DNA from: a bacterium | GTDB taxonomy: Bacteria > Myxococcota_A > Bradymonadia > UBA7976 > UBA1532 | Assembly: GCA_030426085.1 (NCBI GenBank) | Contig: JAUHYW010000012.1 | Coordinates: forward strand, 84,509-148,508 | DNA length: 64,000 bases | Reading direction: 5' to 3' | Shown: in pieces, positions 50,979-62,223 of the stretch | Layout: each line of letters opens with the position of its first letter | How positions within the stretch are numbered: position 1 is the stretch's first letter | Position numbers and translations under genes: made by a program | Notes under the pieces: generated by a model | Told to the model about the DNA's origin: nothing | The model's database searches: none | Seen by the model: only the letters and a program-made list of their open reading frames with translations

Positions 50979-51026
50979 GCTCTACATCTTGTGGTCGCAG
51001 CGCGTCATGGACCCAATATGTGGGTG
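50979..51026. promoter_or_regulatory. Tandem NrdR-box-like sites
   Basis: GCTCTACATCTTGTGG (50979-50994) and ACCCAATATGTGGGTG (51011-51026; reverse complement CACCCACATATTGGGT), 32 bp apart; compare consensus acaCwAtATaTwGtgt. Confidence 0.55.
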
Positions 51027-51325
51027 TCGCCAAACGCCGCCCGACGAGGCCCGCCCCACGCAACCGGTGGGATCGGGTGTGAAAAGTCGTGCGGATCCGG
51101 TGATTTGAACGCGCGTTCAGTGTGCCGACCCCGCGCACCGCGCCCCGCCGGGCGCCGAGCGCCCCGATCCGGCGCCGCGATCGGGGGCCCTCCATCGCCC
51201 GATCCGAGCCCCCCGATCCGCCGATCGCGCCCCATCCAACGCCCGATCCGCGCCGTCTGCGGCATGCCATGGAGCGTAGCCCGATCGGCGGCGTCGAGGC
51301 CCGCTCGGGGTGTGGATCGAGTGGG

Positions 51326-51385
51326 GATCCACGCCCCGATCCGCGCCGCCCGCGGCCCCCGACACCGCGGATCGGGGCGTGGATC
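51326..51385. repeat. Perfect 20-bp inverted repeat with 20-nt loop
   Basis: GATCCACGCCCCGATCCGCG (51326-51345) / CGCGGATCGGGGCGTGGATC (51366-51385). Confidence 0.9.
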
Positions 51386-51548
51386 AGCCTCGGATCACCC
51401 GCCTCCAGCCCCCGTTTCACCGCGCGGCCCGCGAGACGGTGGATCAAGGTGTGATCCGGGGGGATCGGCCGCTCGAGGCCCCGGAGCGCGGCGTCTCGCG
51501 CCCCCGATCCGGGTGGCCCGTGGGGCCCGGCCGTGCTAGATCGGACCC

Positions 51549-51821
51549 ATGAGCGACACCTCCGCGCCCGAGGCGCCCGAAGATCCCCCGCTCGCCGCGC
51601 CCGCCGATCCGGCGCTGGCCGGCGCGCTCGACGCCTTCCGCCGGGGCGACTACCGGGCCGCCGCCGAGCAGGCTCCGGCCACGGTCGACGACGCCGCCGA
51701 CGACCGGATCCACCTCTCCCGCCTCGAGCGGGCCCTGGCCTGGGAGCCCACCTTGTGGATCGCCGCCGCGGTCTGCGGCGCGGTCTGGCTGTGGGCCTTC
51801 GCCGCGGCCCAATCCTCCTGA
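51549..51821 (+). CDS. Small hypothetical protein with C-terminal TM
   Basis: 90 aa, AFRRGDYRAA helix motif, C-terminal hydrophobic segment, GC3 bias. Confidence 0.6.
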   Translation: MSDTSAPEAPEDPPLAAPADPALAGALDAFRRGDYRAAAEQAPATVDDAADDRIHLSRLERALAWEPTLWIAAAVCGAVWLWAFAAAQSS

Positions 51822-51898
51822 CATCTCTCGTAAACTGCTGATATATATGGGCTTCGCGCCGCGCGCTACCCCGCGGGACGGGCGGGGTGTCGCCCCCG

Positions 51899-51997
51899 TG
51901 TCAGCATCCGTCGCCCGCCGTTGTCAGCGGCCCGCCGACCGCCGTGTCAGCAGCCCCGCCGGGCGATTGTCAGGATGTCGCGGGGCCCGATGTCAGC
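51899..51997 (+). repeat. Five TGTCAG motifs at an exact 23-bp period
   Basis: TGTCAG starts at 51899, 51922, 51945, 51968, 51991; intervening bases not conserved. Confidence 0.9.
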
Positions 51998-52073
51998 GTC
52001 CCTCACGCGCGCGCGCGATCTATATAAGCTGTAGGACCGGGCCCCGATCGGGCCCTCTGCCCCCGAGCTGCCG

Positions 52074-53492
52074 ATGAGCCGCGAGCCGACCGACCCGCCC
52101 CCGCCGCCGCCCGATCCGACGCCCGATCGCGAGGTGCGCGGCCCGGATCATACCCGCCGGCTCACCCGCCGGGCCGAGCGCCAGTCGCAGTGGCTCGCGC
52201 TCTTCGTCGGCTTCGCCAGCGCCCTGGCGATGAGCGTGATCTGGGCCGCCGACACCCTCGACTCGGTGGCCGACGAGATCCGCACGATCACCGTCGCCGT
52301 CGCCGCCGCGGTGCTGGCCGCGGGGGTGCTGCTGGTGGTGGTCTACGCCACCCGCCACCGGCTCTTCCGCCTGCTGAGCCTGCCGACCCCCGGCACGCTG
52401 AGCGACGTCATGCTCAAGCTGCGCCGGGGCATGCAGGCGTGGACCGCCGACGATCGGCCCTCGGCGATCGAGCGGCTGTACGAGGGCGCGGCGAGCCTCG
52501 CGGCGTGGATGGCCTGGACCCGGCTGCGGGCGTGGATGCTGGCGACCCTGGTCGGCACCGCCTCGATCTTCGCCCTGCTCGTCGGCGAGGTGCTCATCCT
52601 GCGCCAGAACCGGCTGATCGAGGAGCAGAACGCCTACCTGCGCGAGCAGAACCGCAACATCCAGAGCCAGCTCCGGCTGGAGACCGAGCAGAACTATCAG
52701 GCCCGGCGCACCCGGCTGCTGGCGGCGCTCTACGATCGGGCGGCCTGCCGCACTCCGCCATGCGCCCTCGTCTCGAGCTTGCGGGCTCGCTCCGACGCCG
52801 CCCGAGCGTTCACCGAGATCGAGCTGGGCCGCCGGGCCGACCTCGTGGGCACCACCGCCGGCGAGCTGTGCGCCACCGGCGCGGCGGCCCACCCCCGGCT
52901 CGACCTGCGCCACCTCGACCTGTCCCCGATCGCCGGCCGGGGTGAGGACGCGCCGCCGATGGAGGCCGCCCTGCCCCGGTGGACCGCCTGCGGGGCCGAT
53001 CTGCGCCACGCCGATCTGACGGCGGTGGTGCTGGCCGACGCCGACCTGCGCCGGGCCGACCTCGGCCGGTCGACGCTGACCGGGGCCGACCTGAGCCGGG
53101 CCGACCTGCGCCGGGCCGACCTGACCGGGGCCCGGCTGGCCGACGCGGGCCTGCGGGGCGCGGCGCTGGCCGGGGCCCGGCTCGATCAGGCGTGGCTGCG
53201 GGGGGCCGATCTGTCGCCGGCCGGGGAGGGGGGCGCCCGGCCGACCGATCTGAGCGACGCTCACCTGCGCCGGGCGACGCTGACCGGGGCCGACCTGAGC
53301 CGGGCGATCCTGGGGGGGGCCGATCTGACGGGCAGCGATCTGACCGACGCCGACCTCTCGGGGGCCGACCTGACCGGCGCCCGCCTCGACGACAGCGCCC
53401 GCCGGGGGGTGAAGTGGAGCGGCGCGACCTGCCCCGACGGCTCGCCGGCGCCGGGCTCGTGCGAGGGCCGCCTGCGCCCGGCCGGGCCATGA
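52074..53492 (+). CDS. Membrane protein with C-terminal pentapeptide repeats
   Basis: About 3 TM segments, coiled coil (QNRLIEEQN..EQN), many A(D/R)LxG pentapeptides, W.GATCPDG end. Confidence 0.85.
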   Translation: MSREPTDPPPPPPDPTPDREVRGPDHTRRLTRRAERQSQWLALFVGFASALAMSVIWAADTLDSVADEIRTITVAVAAAVLAAGVLLVVVYATRHRLFRLLSLPTPGTLSDVMLKLRRGMQAWTADDRPSAIERLYEGAASLAAWMAWTRLRAWMLATLVGTASIFALLVGEVLILRQNRLIEEQNAYLREQNRNIQSQLRLETEQNYQARRTRLLAALYDRAACRTPPCALVSSLRARSDAARAFTEIELGRRADLVGTTAGELCATGAAAHPRLDLRHLDLSPIAGRGEDAPPMEAALPRWTACGADLRHADLTAVVLADADLRRADLGRSTLTGADLSRADLRRADLTGARLADAGLRGAALAGARLDQAWLRGADLSPAGEGGARPTDLSDAHLRRATLTGADLSRAILGGADLTGSDLTDADLSGADLTGARLDDSARRGVKWSGATCPDGSPAPGSCEGRLRPAGP

Positions 53493-53568
53493 GCCGCCGC
53501 GGCCGCCCTGCCCGTTGCCCGACGGTGAGCGGTGTTCGATACTGCCCCCCACTGCGCCGGGGCGAGAC

Positions 53569-54807
53569 ATGAGCCTGACCATCGCCGACATCTGGGCCGC
53601 GGCCCGCACCATCGAGGGGCAGGTGGTCAAGACGCCGGCCATCCGCGCGGCCCGGCTCAGCGCCGATCTGGGCCTCGACCTCTTCCTCAAGCTGGAGAAC
53701 ATGCAGGCCACCGGCTCCTTCAAGGAGCGGGGCGCCATCAACAAGCTGTCGAGCCTCACCGCCGAGCAGCGCAAGGCGGGCGTGATCGCGATGTCGGCCG
53801 GCAACCACGCTCAGGCCGTCGCCTACCACGCCACCCGCATGGGCATCCCGTCGACGGTGGTGATGCCCGACTTCGCCCCCCTGACCAAGATCGAGCGCAC
53901 CGAGGCGTTCGGGGCCCGGGTGATCCTCAGCGGCGACACCCTCGACGCCTCGGCCGAGGCGGCGTCCGCGATCGCCGAGGCCGAGGGGCTGACCCTGGTG
54001 CACCCCTACGACGACGAGCAGGTCATCGCCGGCCAGGGCACCATCGGCCTCGAGCTGATGGATCAGCGCCCGGGGCTCGAGGTCCTGGTCGTGCCGATCG
54101 GCGGCGGGGGCCTGATCTCGGGCATCGCCCTGGCGGCCAAGGCGCTCAAGCCCGACATCGAGATCTACGGGGTGGAGGCGGCCTTCTACCCGTCGATGCA
54201 CCACGCGGTGAACGGGCTCGACCCCCGCTGCGGGGGGCACACCCTGGCCGACGGCATCGCGGTGAAGAACCCCGGGCGCCTGACCCGGCCGGTCATCGAG
54301 CGCTGCGTCGACGACATCATCCTGGTCGACGAGGGCGCCATCGAGAGCGCCATCGCCGCGCTGGCCGAGAAGCAGAAGCTGGTCGCCGAGGGGGCCGGCG
54401 CCGCCGGGGTGGCCGCGCTGCTGGCCCAGCCGGGGCGGTTCCGCAATCGGCGGGTGGGGGTCGTCATCTGCGGGGGCAACCTCGACAACCGCATCCTGGC
54501 GGGGGTGCTGACCCGGGGGCTCGTGCGCGACGGGCGCATGGCCAGCCTGCGCATCCAGATCACCGACCGCCCGGGGGTGCTGGCCCGCATCGCCCAGGTC
54601 ATCGGCGAGGCGGGGGGCAACATCATCGAGGTGCACCACCAGCGGCACTTCCAGGACATCCCGGTGCGCAACGCCGAGATCGACGTGCTCGTCGAGACCC
54701 GCAGCGCCGCCGAGCGCGACGCGCTCGTCGATCGGCTGGCGGCGATCGGGTTCCCCACCCGGGTGCTGTCGAATCAGTCGATGTACATCCAGCGGCCGGG
54801 CAAGTGA
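53569..54807 (+). CDS. ilvA: Threonine ammonia-lyase with ACT domain
   Basis: KLENMQ.TGSFKERGA, SAGNHAQ, PIGGGGL, EGAGA, GGN.D; ACT DRPG.LA. Confidence 0.9.
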   Translation: MSLTIADIWAAARTIEGQVVKTPAIRAARLSADLGLDLFLKLENMQATGSFKERGAINKLSSLTAEQRKAGVIAMSAGNHAQAVAYHATRMGIPSTVVMPDFAPLTKIERTEAFGARVILSGDTLDASAEAASAIAEAEGLTLVHPYDDEQVIAGQGTIGLELMDQRPGLEVLVVPIGGGGLISGIALAAKALKPDIEIYGVEAAFYPSMHHAVNGLDPRCGGHTLADGIAVKNPGRLTRPVIERCVDDIILVDEGAIESAIAALAEKQKLVAEGAGAAGVAALLAQPGRFRNRRVGVVICGGNLDNRILAGVLTRGLVRDGRMASLRIQITDRPGVLARIAQVIGEAGGNIIEVHHQRHFQDIPVRNAEIDVLVETRSAAERDALVDRLAAIGFPTRVLSNQSMYIQRPGK

Positions 54808-54835
54808 CCCCCGGCCCGGCGCCCGGACGGGCCGA

Positions 54836-55735
54836 TCAGGCGGGCGGGCGCTCGACGATCTCGGCGTCGGCGTAGCCCTGGAAGTACAGCGCGGTGCGCA
54901 GGTCGGTGTGGTCGATGCGGGCCCGGGCGGCGGCCCGCAGGATGGGCTTGCCCCGGTAGGCGATGCCCAGCCCGGCGGCCTCGATCATCGCGAGGTCGTT
55001 GGCCCCGTCCCCGATCGCGAGGGCCGCGCCCCGCGGGATCCCGTGCTGCCCGGCCAGCTCGACCAGCCACGCCTGCTTGGTCTCGCGGCTCACGAGCGGG
55101 CCCCCGAGGCGGCCGGTGAGCCGGCCGTCGACGATCTCGAAGACGTTGGCCTTGGCGGCGTTGAAGCCCAGCTCGGCCCGTACCTTGTCGGTGAAGATCG
55201 TGAAGCCGCCCGAGACCAGGGCGCACACCGCGCCGTGGGCCCGCATCGTGGCGACCAGCGCCCGGGCCCCGGGGGAGTAGGTCAGGCCGGCCAGCACCGG
55301 CTCGATGATCGCCGCGTCGCGGCCGGTGAGCAGGGCCACCCGCGAGGTCAGGCTCTCGGCGAAGTCGATCTCACCCCGCATGCCGCGGGCGGTGATCGCG
55401 GCGACCTTCTCCCCGATGCCGGTCTGGTGGGCCACCGCGTCGAGGGTCTCGTCGGTGACGATCGTCGAGTCCATGTCGGCGAAGAGCAGCCGCTTGCGGC
55501 GGCCGTCGACCGGCAGGGCGCAGCGGTCGACCGGGGCGTCGCCCAGGGCTTCGCCCGCGGCGGCCTCGATGGCCTCGGGGTCCCCCTCGACCGCCAGCTC
55601 GGCGGCGCGGTCGGGGGACAGCCAGCGGGTCGGGCCGGGCGCCAGACCGGCGGCGGACAGCGCCCGGGCGACGGCGTCGACATGCTTCGCTTCGAGGTCG
55701 CCGGGGGCGGCGACGAGGGTCAGGGCGCTGCGCAT
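54836..55735 (-). CDS. serB: Phosphoserine phosphatase
   Basis: DMDST HAD motif I, MRGEIDF.ESL..RV, VSGGF, GDGANDL.MI. Confidence 0.93.
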   Translation of the reverse strand: MRSALTLVAAPGDLEAKHVDAVARALSAAGLAPGPTRWLSPDRAAELAVEGDPEAIEAAAGEALGDAPVDRCALPVDGRRKRLLFADMDSTIVTDETLDAVAHQTGIGEKVAAITARGMRGEIDFAESLTSRVALLTGRDAAIIEPVLAGLTYSPGARALVATMRAHGAVCALVSGGFTIFTDKVRAELGFNAAKANVFEIVDGRLTGRLGGPLVSRETKQAWLVELAGQHGIPRGAALAIGDGANDLAMIEAAGLGIAYRGKPILRAAARARIDHTDLRTALYFQGYADAEIVERPPA

Positions 55736-55759
55736 GGGATCTCTCCCCGGTGGGGTGGC

Positions 55760-57959
<2,200 letters not shown>

Positions 57960-57960
<1 letters not shown>

Positions 57961-58844
57961 TGCGCTGGGAGACGGGGATGCGCTGGACGACGACGCTCGG
58001 GGTGATGGCGGCGCTGCTCGCGGGGTGCGCCGGCGGCGAGATGGTGGGCGACGACGCGATCGGCGAGCGGCCGCACTCGCTGCGGGGCACCGAGGTCGAC
58101 GGGCGGCTGGACGTCGACGCCGACGGCCGCTTCGTGCCCACCGAGGACGCCGTGCGGCTGTTCGACTACTTCCTGACGACCGAGGGCGAGGTCGACGACG
58201 GCGCCCGCCGGGTGCTGGTGGCGGCCGAGGCCCGCAAGCTGGGCCCGGCGGCGTTCGACGCGATGGCGTTCTACGACGACTACGTCGAGTACCGCCGCCG
58301 GTTCGACGCGGCCATCGCCAAGGCCGGGCCCCAGGCCGACGGCGAGGCGCTGGTGCAGCAGCTCCGGCAGGTGCGGCGGGAGACCGTCGGCGACCACCCG
58401 CTCTTCGCCGAGGACGACGCGCTGGTCGAGCAGGCCATCGCCGCCAAGCGGGCGATGCGGGACGGCGACCTGGGCGCGCTCGCCCGCCGGATGCAGGTCG
58501 CGGCGCTGTTCACCCCGAAGTCGGCGGCCGAGGTCGACGCCGAGCGCGCCGCCCGGATCCCGCTGATGCTGCGCGAGTACGAGGCCATCGAGCGGGCCGC
58601 CGGGGGCGACGACGCGGCCATCCGGGCGTTGCGGGTCGAGCGGGTCGGTCCGGCCGCCGCCGAGCGCCTGGCCCGGCTGGACGCCGAGCGCGCCGCGTGG
58701 GACGCCCGGGTCGCCGAGGCCGGGGCGGCCATCGCCGGGCTGGCGCCGGGCGCCGACCTCGAGGCCCGCCGCGACGCCCTGCTCGCCGAGCGCTTCGACG
58801 CCCGCGAACTGCGCCGGGTGCGCACGCTGCTGCGCCTGCGCTGA
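57960..58844 (+). CDS. Lipase chaperone (foldase, Lif)
   Basis: P.SLRGTEVDG, R.LFDYFLT..GE, G..AAERLA.LD...W; coupled to the lipase (TGATG). Confidence 0.85.
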
Positions 58845-58983
58845 CACCTCCGGTCGGGCGCGGGCGATCCCGTGCATCACCGTCGAGGACGAAGGCCGCG
58901 CGGCCGAGGCCCGCTGAGCCCGGCGGATCCCGCCCGATCTGCACCCGCTCGCGCTCGGTCCGCCGGGCCGGTATCCTCCCGCC

Positions 58984-61977
58984 ATGCCCCGTCGCCCGCT
59001 GCTCCCGCTGGTCCTGTCGATCGCCGCGCTGCTCGTCGGCTGCCTGCCCGACGAAGCGCCCCGGGGCCTGCGCCCGTCGCCCGGCGGCAGCGGGCCGCGG
59101 GTCATCTTCCAGCTCGACACCCGGCCGCTGCCCGACATCCCGTTCCCCAACGACCTGCTCGCCCGCCCCGACCCCGACTCGCCCACCGGCCTGCGGCTCA
59201 ACCTCGCGGTGCTCGCCCCCTCGACGGCCGAGCGCCGGCTGCGGCAGGCGGCCCTCGACCTCGACGGCTTCGGCACCTCGGGGACGATCCACGTGCGCTT
59301 CGACGCGCCGCTCGACCTCGTGGCCCTCTCGGGCGTGGGGCGCGACCCGGCGGACGATCCGATCCTGGTCGTCGACGTGAGCGAGGGCCCCACCTTCGGC
59401 GAGCGCATCCCGCTCGACCTCGGGCGAGGGCACTTCCCGGTGGAGCACGCCGACCCCTCGACGGTCGCCTTCGCCCGCGACCCCCGGGCCGAGGCGGGCA
59501 ACCTCGTCTTCGAGACGGTCGACGAGGACCTCGACGGCGACGGGGTGCTCGACCCCGGCGAAGACACCGACGGCGACGGGGTGCTCGACCGCTCGAACCT
59601 GAGCCCCGACGGCCGCCCGATGACCTTCTACGAGCGGGCGACGAACACCTTGCTGTTGCGCCCCATCGTGCCGCTGCGCCCCGGGCGGCGCTACGCGGTC
59701 GTGCTCACCGATCGGGTGGTCGGCCTCGACGGGGCGCCGGTGCGCTCGCCGTTCCCCTTCATCCACCACATCCAGCACGCCGACGCGCTCGCCCGGCTGC
59801 CCGAGGCGCTCACCCCCCACGGCGTCGCGCTGAACGATGTGGGCTACGTGTGGGCCTTCACCACCCAGAACGCGACCCGCGACCTCGAGGCGCTGCGGGC
59901 CGGGCTCTACGGCTGGGGGCCGTTCGACTGGCTGAGCCGCTGCGTGCCCGACGGGCTCATCGAGTCCAGCGACCCCGACGTGCTCGTGCTGCCCGGCGAG
60001 GCGCTGGCGGGCATCGGGGCCCGGGTGGGCGACGACGTGGTCGACGCCGCCCGCATCGAGGCCGACTGGCGGGCGGTGGGCCAGCTCGTCGCCGGCAGCG
60101 TCGGGGTGCCCTACCTGCTCGACGACCGGGACCAGGGTGGCCCGACCCGACTGGCGGCGCTGGGCGCGGTGCGGCTGGACGACGCCGGCTGCCTGCAACG
60201 CCTGGGCGACATCCGCAGCGGCCTGCGCCGGGTGCCGGGGGACGACGACGAGACCTGGCGGGTGGACGTCGATCGGGGCACGCTCTCGGCGGTGCTGGCC
60301 GAGGTGCCGTTCTGGTGCACCGTGCCCCGCCGGGGCGACGCGACGACCCCCGCGCCGGTGGTGCTGTGGGCCCACGACGTGGGCGGCTCCCGGCTCGACG
60401 CGCTGCGCTACGCCGGGCGCTTCGCCCGCTGGGGGCTGGCCACCTGCGCGCTCGACGCGGTGGGCCACGGCGCGGTCGGGGTCGAGCCGCTGGGGGTCGA
60501 GCCGTTCGACGCGGTGCTCGCCCGCCACCGGGCCCGGGACCTCGACGGCGACGGGGTGGCGGACCCGGGGGTCGACACCTTCACCGCCGACGCGCTGCAC
60601 ACTCGGGACGTCATCCGCCAGAGCGCGCTCGACTGGCTCCAGCTCATCCGGGTGCTGCGCAGCTTCGACGGCCGCACCTGGCGCACCCGACCGGCGGTGC
60701 GCAGCGGCATCGCCGGCGACTTCGACGACGACGGCGAGGTCGACCTCGGCGGGCCGGACGCCGCGTTCCACATGGGCGGCGTGGGCTACGGCGGCACGCT
60801 CGCGGCCATCGTCGCCGGCCTCGAGCCGGCCATCACCTCGGTGGCCCCGGTCTCGCCCGCCGCCGGGCTCACCGACACCTTCATCCGCAGCGCGCACCTC
60901 TCGATCACCGCCGGGGTCATCCTGCCGACGCTCGGCCCGCTCGTCGTCGGCCTGCCCGAGATCGGCCCCGGGGGCCAGGACCGCCGGGGCACGCTCGTCT
61001 CGGTGTGGACCCCCGCGCTCGACCGCGTCGCCCACGCCGACCCCGAAGCGCGGCTGGGCATCCCGGTGCTGCAGCTCCCCCCGCTCGCCGCGGGCCAGAC
61101 CGTGGTGCTGACCAACGTCGACACCGGCCAGCGCATCGTGACCCGGGCCGCGCCCGACGGTGGATTCCGGCTCGCGATCGGCACCGACGCCCTGCTCGGC
61201 AGCGACCGCCTCGCCCACCTCGCCGCCGGCCTGTCGACCACCGGCCTCGGCGACCGCATCCGGCTCGAGCTGCCCGGCCTCGACCCGCCGACCCAGGTCA
61301 GCTTCGACTACGCCGTCGAGCTGATGAGCGCGCTCTACCCCCCGCAGTCGCCGCTCGTCGCGCTCGGCAGCGGCTGGGCCGTCGACCGCCAGAGCCCCGC
61401 CTTCCGCCGGTTCACCCAGATCCTGCAGACCGTGCTCGAGCCGGCCGACCCCCTCAACTACGCCCGGCGCCTGTTCACCGAGCCGACCGGCGCCGTCGGC
61501 GGCGGGGCCCCGGGGGCCGACCTGCTCTTGCTCGCCACCGCCGGCGACCCGCTGATGCCCATCGCCGGCGCGCTGTCCCTCGGCCGGGCGGCCGGGCTGT
61601 GGCCGGTGGGCGGAGCGGTCGACACGCTGCTGCTCGAAGCCGGCGTGGTCGAGGGCCTGCCCGACCGCGCGCCGCTGCTCGACGTCGACCTGCTCCCGGG
61701 CACGACGCTCGGCGAGCGGGTCTGGGATCCGCCCCTGCGCCACACCCTCGCCGCCGGCGAGCGGGGCGAGAGCGCCTTGCGCATCGCCCACCTCGACCCG
61801 TTGGGCGCCCACGGCCCGGGCGACAATACGGCGCTCATCGAGCTGATCGCCCGCTTCTTCGCCACCGGCGACACCGCCGCCGACCCCTGCCTCGCCACCG
61901 CCGACTGCCCCGGCGCCCCGCCCGCGCCCCGGGTCGACCTGCCCCCGGCCCAGCCCGACCCGCCGCAGGGGGAGTGA
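58984..61977 (+). CDS. Large lipoprotein with Ig-like region, DxDxDG motifs and alpha/beta-hydrolase-like domain
   Basis: Lipobox LVGC; IPFPND, LDGFGT, DLDGDG repeats, TRDVIRQSALD, DP.NYA, GD..MP. Confidence 0.75.
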   Translation: MPRRPLLPLVLSIAALLVGCLPDEAPRGLRPSPGGSGPRVIFQLDTRPLPDIPFPNDLLARPDPDSPTGLRLNLAVLAPSTAERRLRQAALDLDGFGTSGTIHVRFDAPLDLVALSGVGRDPADDPILVVDVSEGPTFGERIPLDLGRGHFPVEHADPSTVAFARDPRAEAGNLVFETVDEDLDGDGVLDPGEDTDGDGVLDRSNLSPDGRPMTFYERATNTLLLRPIVPLRPGRRYAVVLTDRVVGLDGAPVRSPFPFIHHIQHADALARLPEALTPHGVALNDVGYVWAFTTQNATRDLEALRAGLYGWGPFDWLSRCVPDGLIESSDPDVLVLPGEALAGIGARVGDDVVDAARIEADWRAVGQLVAGSVGVPYLLDDRDQGGPTRLAALGAVRLDDAGCLQRLGDIRSGLRRVPGDDDETWRVDVDRGTLSAVLAEVPFWCTVPRRGDATTPAPVVLWAHDVGGSRLDALRYAGRFARWGLATCALDAVGHGAVGVEPLGVEPFDAVLARHRARDLDGDGVADPGVDTFTADALHTRDVIRQSALDWLQLIRVLRSFDGRTWRTRPAVRSGIAGDFDDDGEVDLGGPDAAFHMGGVGYGGTLAAIVAGLEPAITSVAPVSPAAGLTDTFIRSAHLSITAGVILPTLGPLVVGLPEIGPGGQDRRGTLVSVWTPALDRVAHADPEARLGIPVLQLPPLAAGQTVVLTNVDTGQRIVTRAAPDGGFRLAIGTDALLGSDRLAHLAAGLSTTGLGDRIRLELPGLDPPTQVSFDYAVELMSALYPPQSPLVALGSGWAVDRQSPAFRRFTQILQTVLEPADPLNYARRLFTEPTGAVGGGAPGADLLLLATAGDPLMPIAGALSLGRAAGLWPVGGAVDTLLLEAGVVEGLPDRAPLLDVDLLPGTTLGERVWDPPLRHTLAAGERGESALRIAHLDPLGAHGPGDNTALIELIARFFATGDTAADPCLATADCPGAPPAPRVDLPPAQPDPPQGE

Positions 61978-62223
61978 CGCCCTCGGGCCATCGCCCGCAG
62001 GCATAACAACAGCATTACATGAGCCATCGGCCGGTTGCGATTCGCTCGGATTCGTGACAATCCTGTTGTGACATATCGCAGGGGGGCTCACCCACCGCGC
62101 GCAGCGCTGTGTTCGACGGCGCGGTGTGTGATGCCATGGCGATGCATGCTTGAGTCGAGCCGCGCTGGGTGACGGCCGAACACCCCTGTGTGCGCATGTG
62201 ATGATGACTGCGTCGAAGGTGCT

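Noticed and set aside
51079-51450. A firm oriC call from DnaA boxes
   Set aside because: Only degenerate matches (e.g. TGTGGATCG); no perfect TTATCCACA, no dnaA/dnaN nearby and no long AT-rich unwinding element. Kept as a hypothesis only.
51899-51997. The 23-bp periodic array as a mini-CRISPR
   Set aside because: The conserved part is only 6-7 bp, the period is too short, and no cas genes are in the window.
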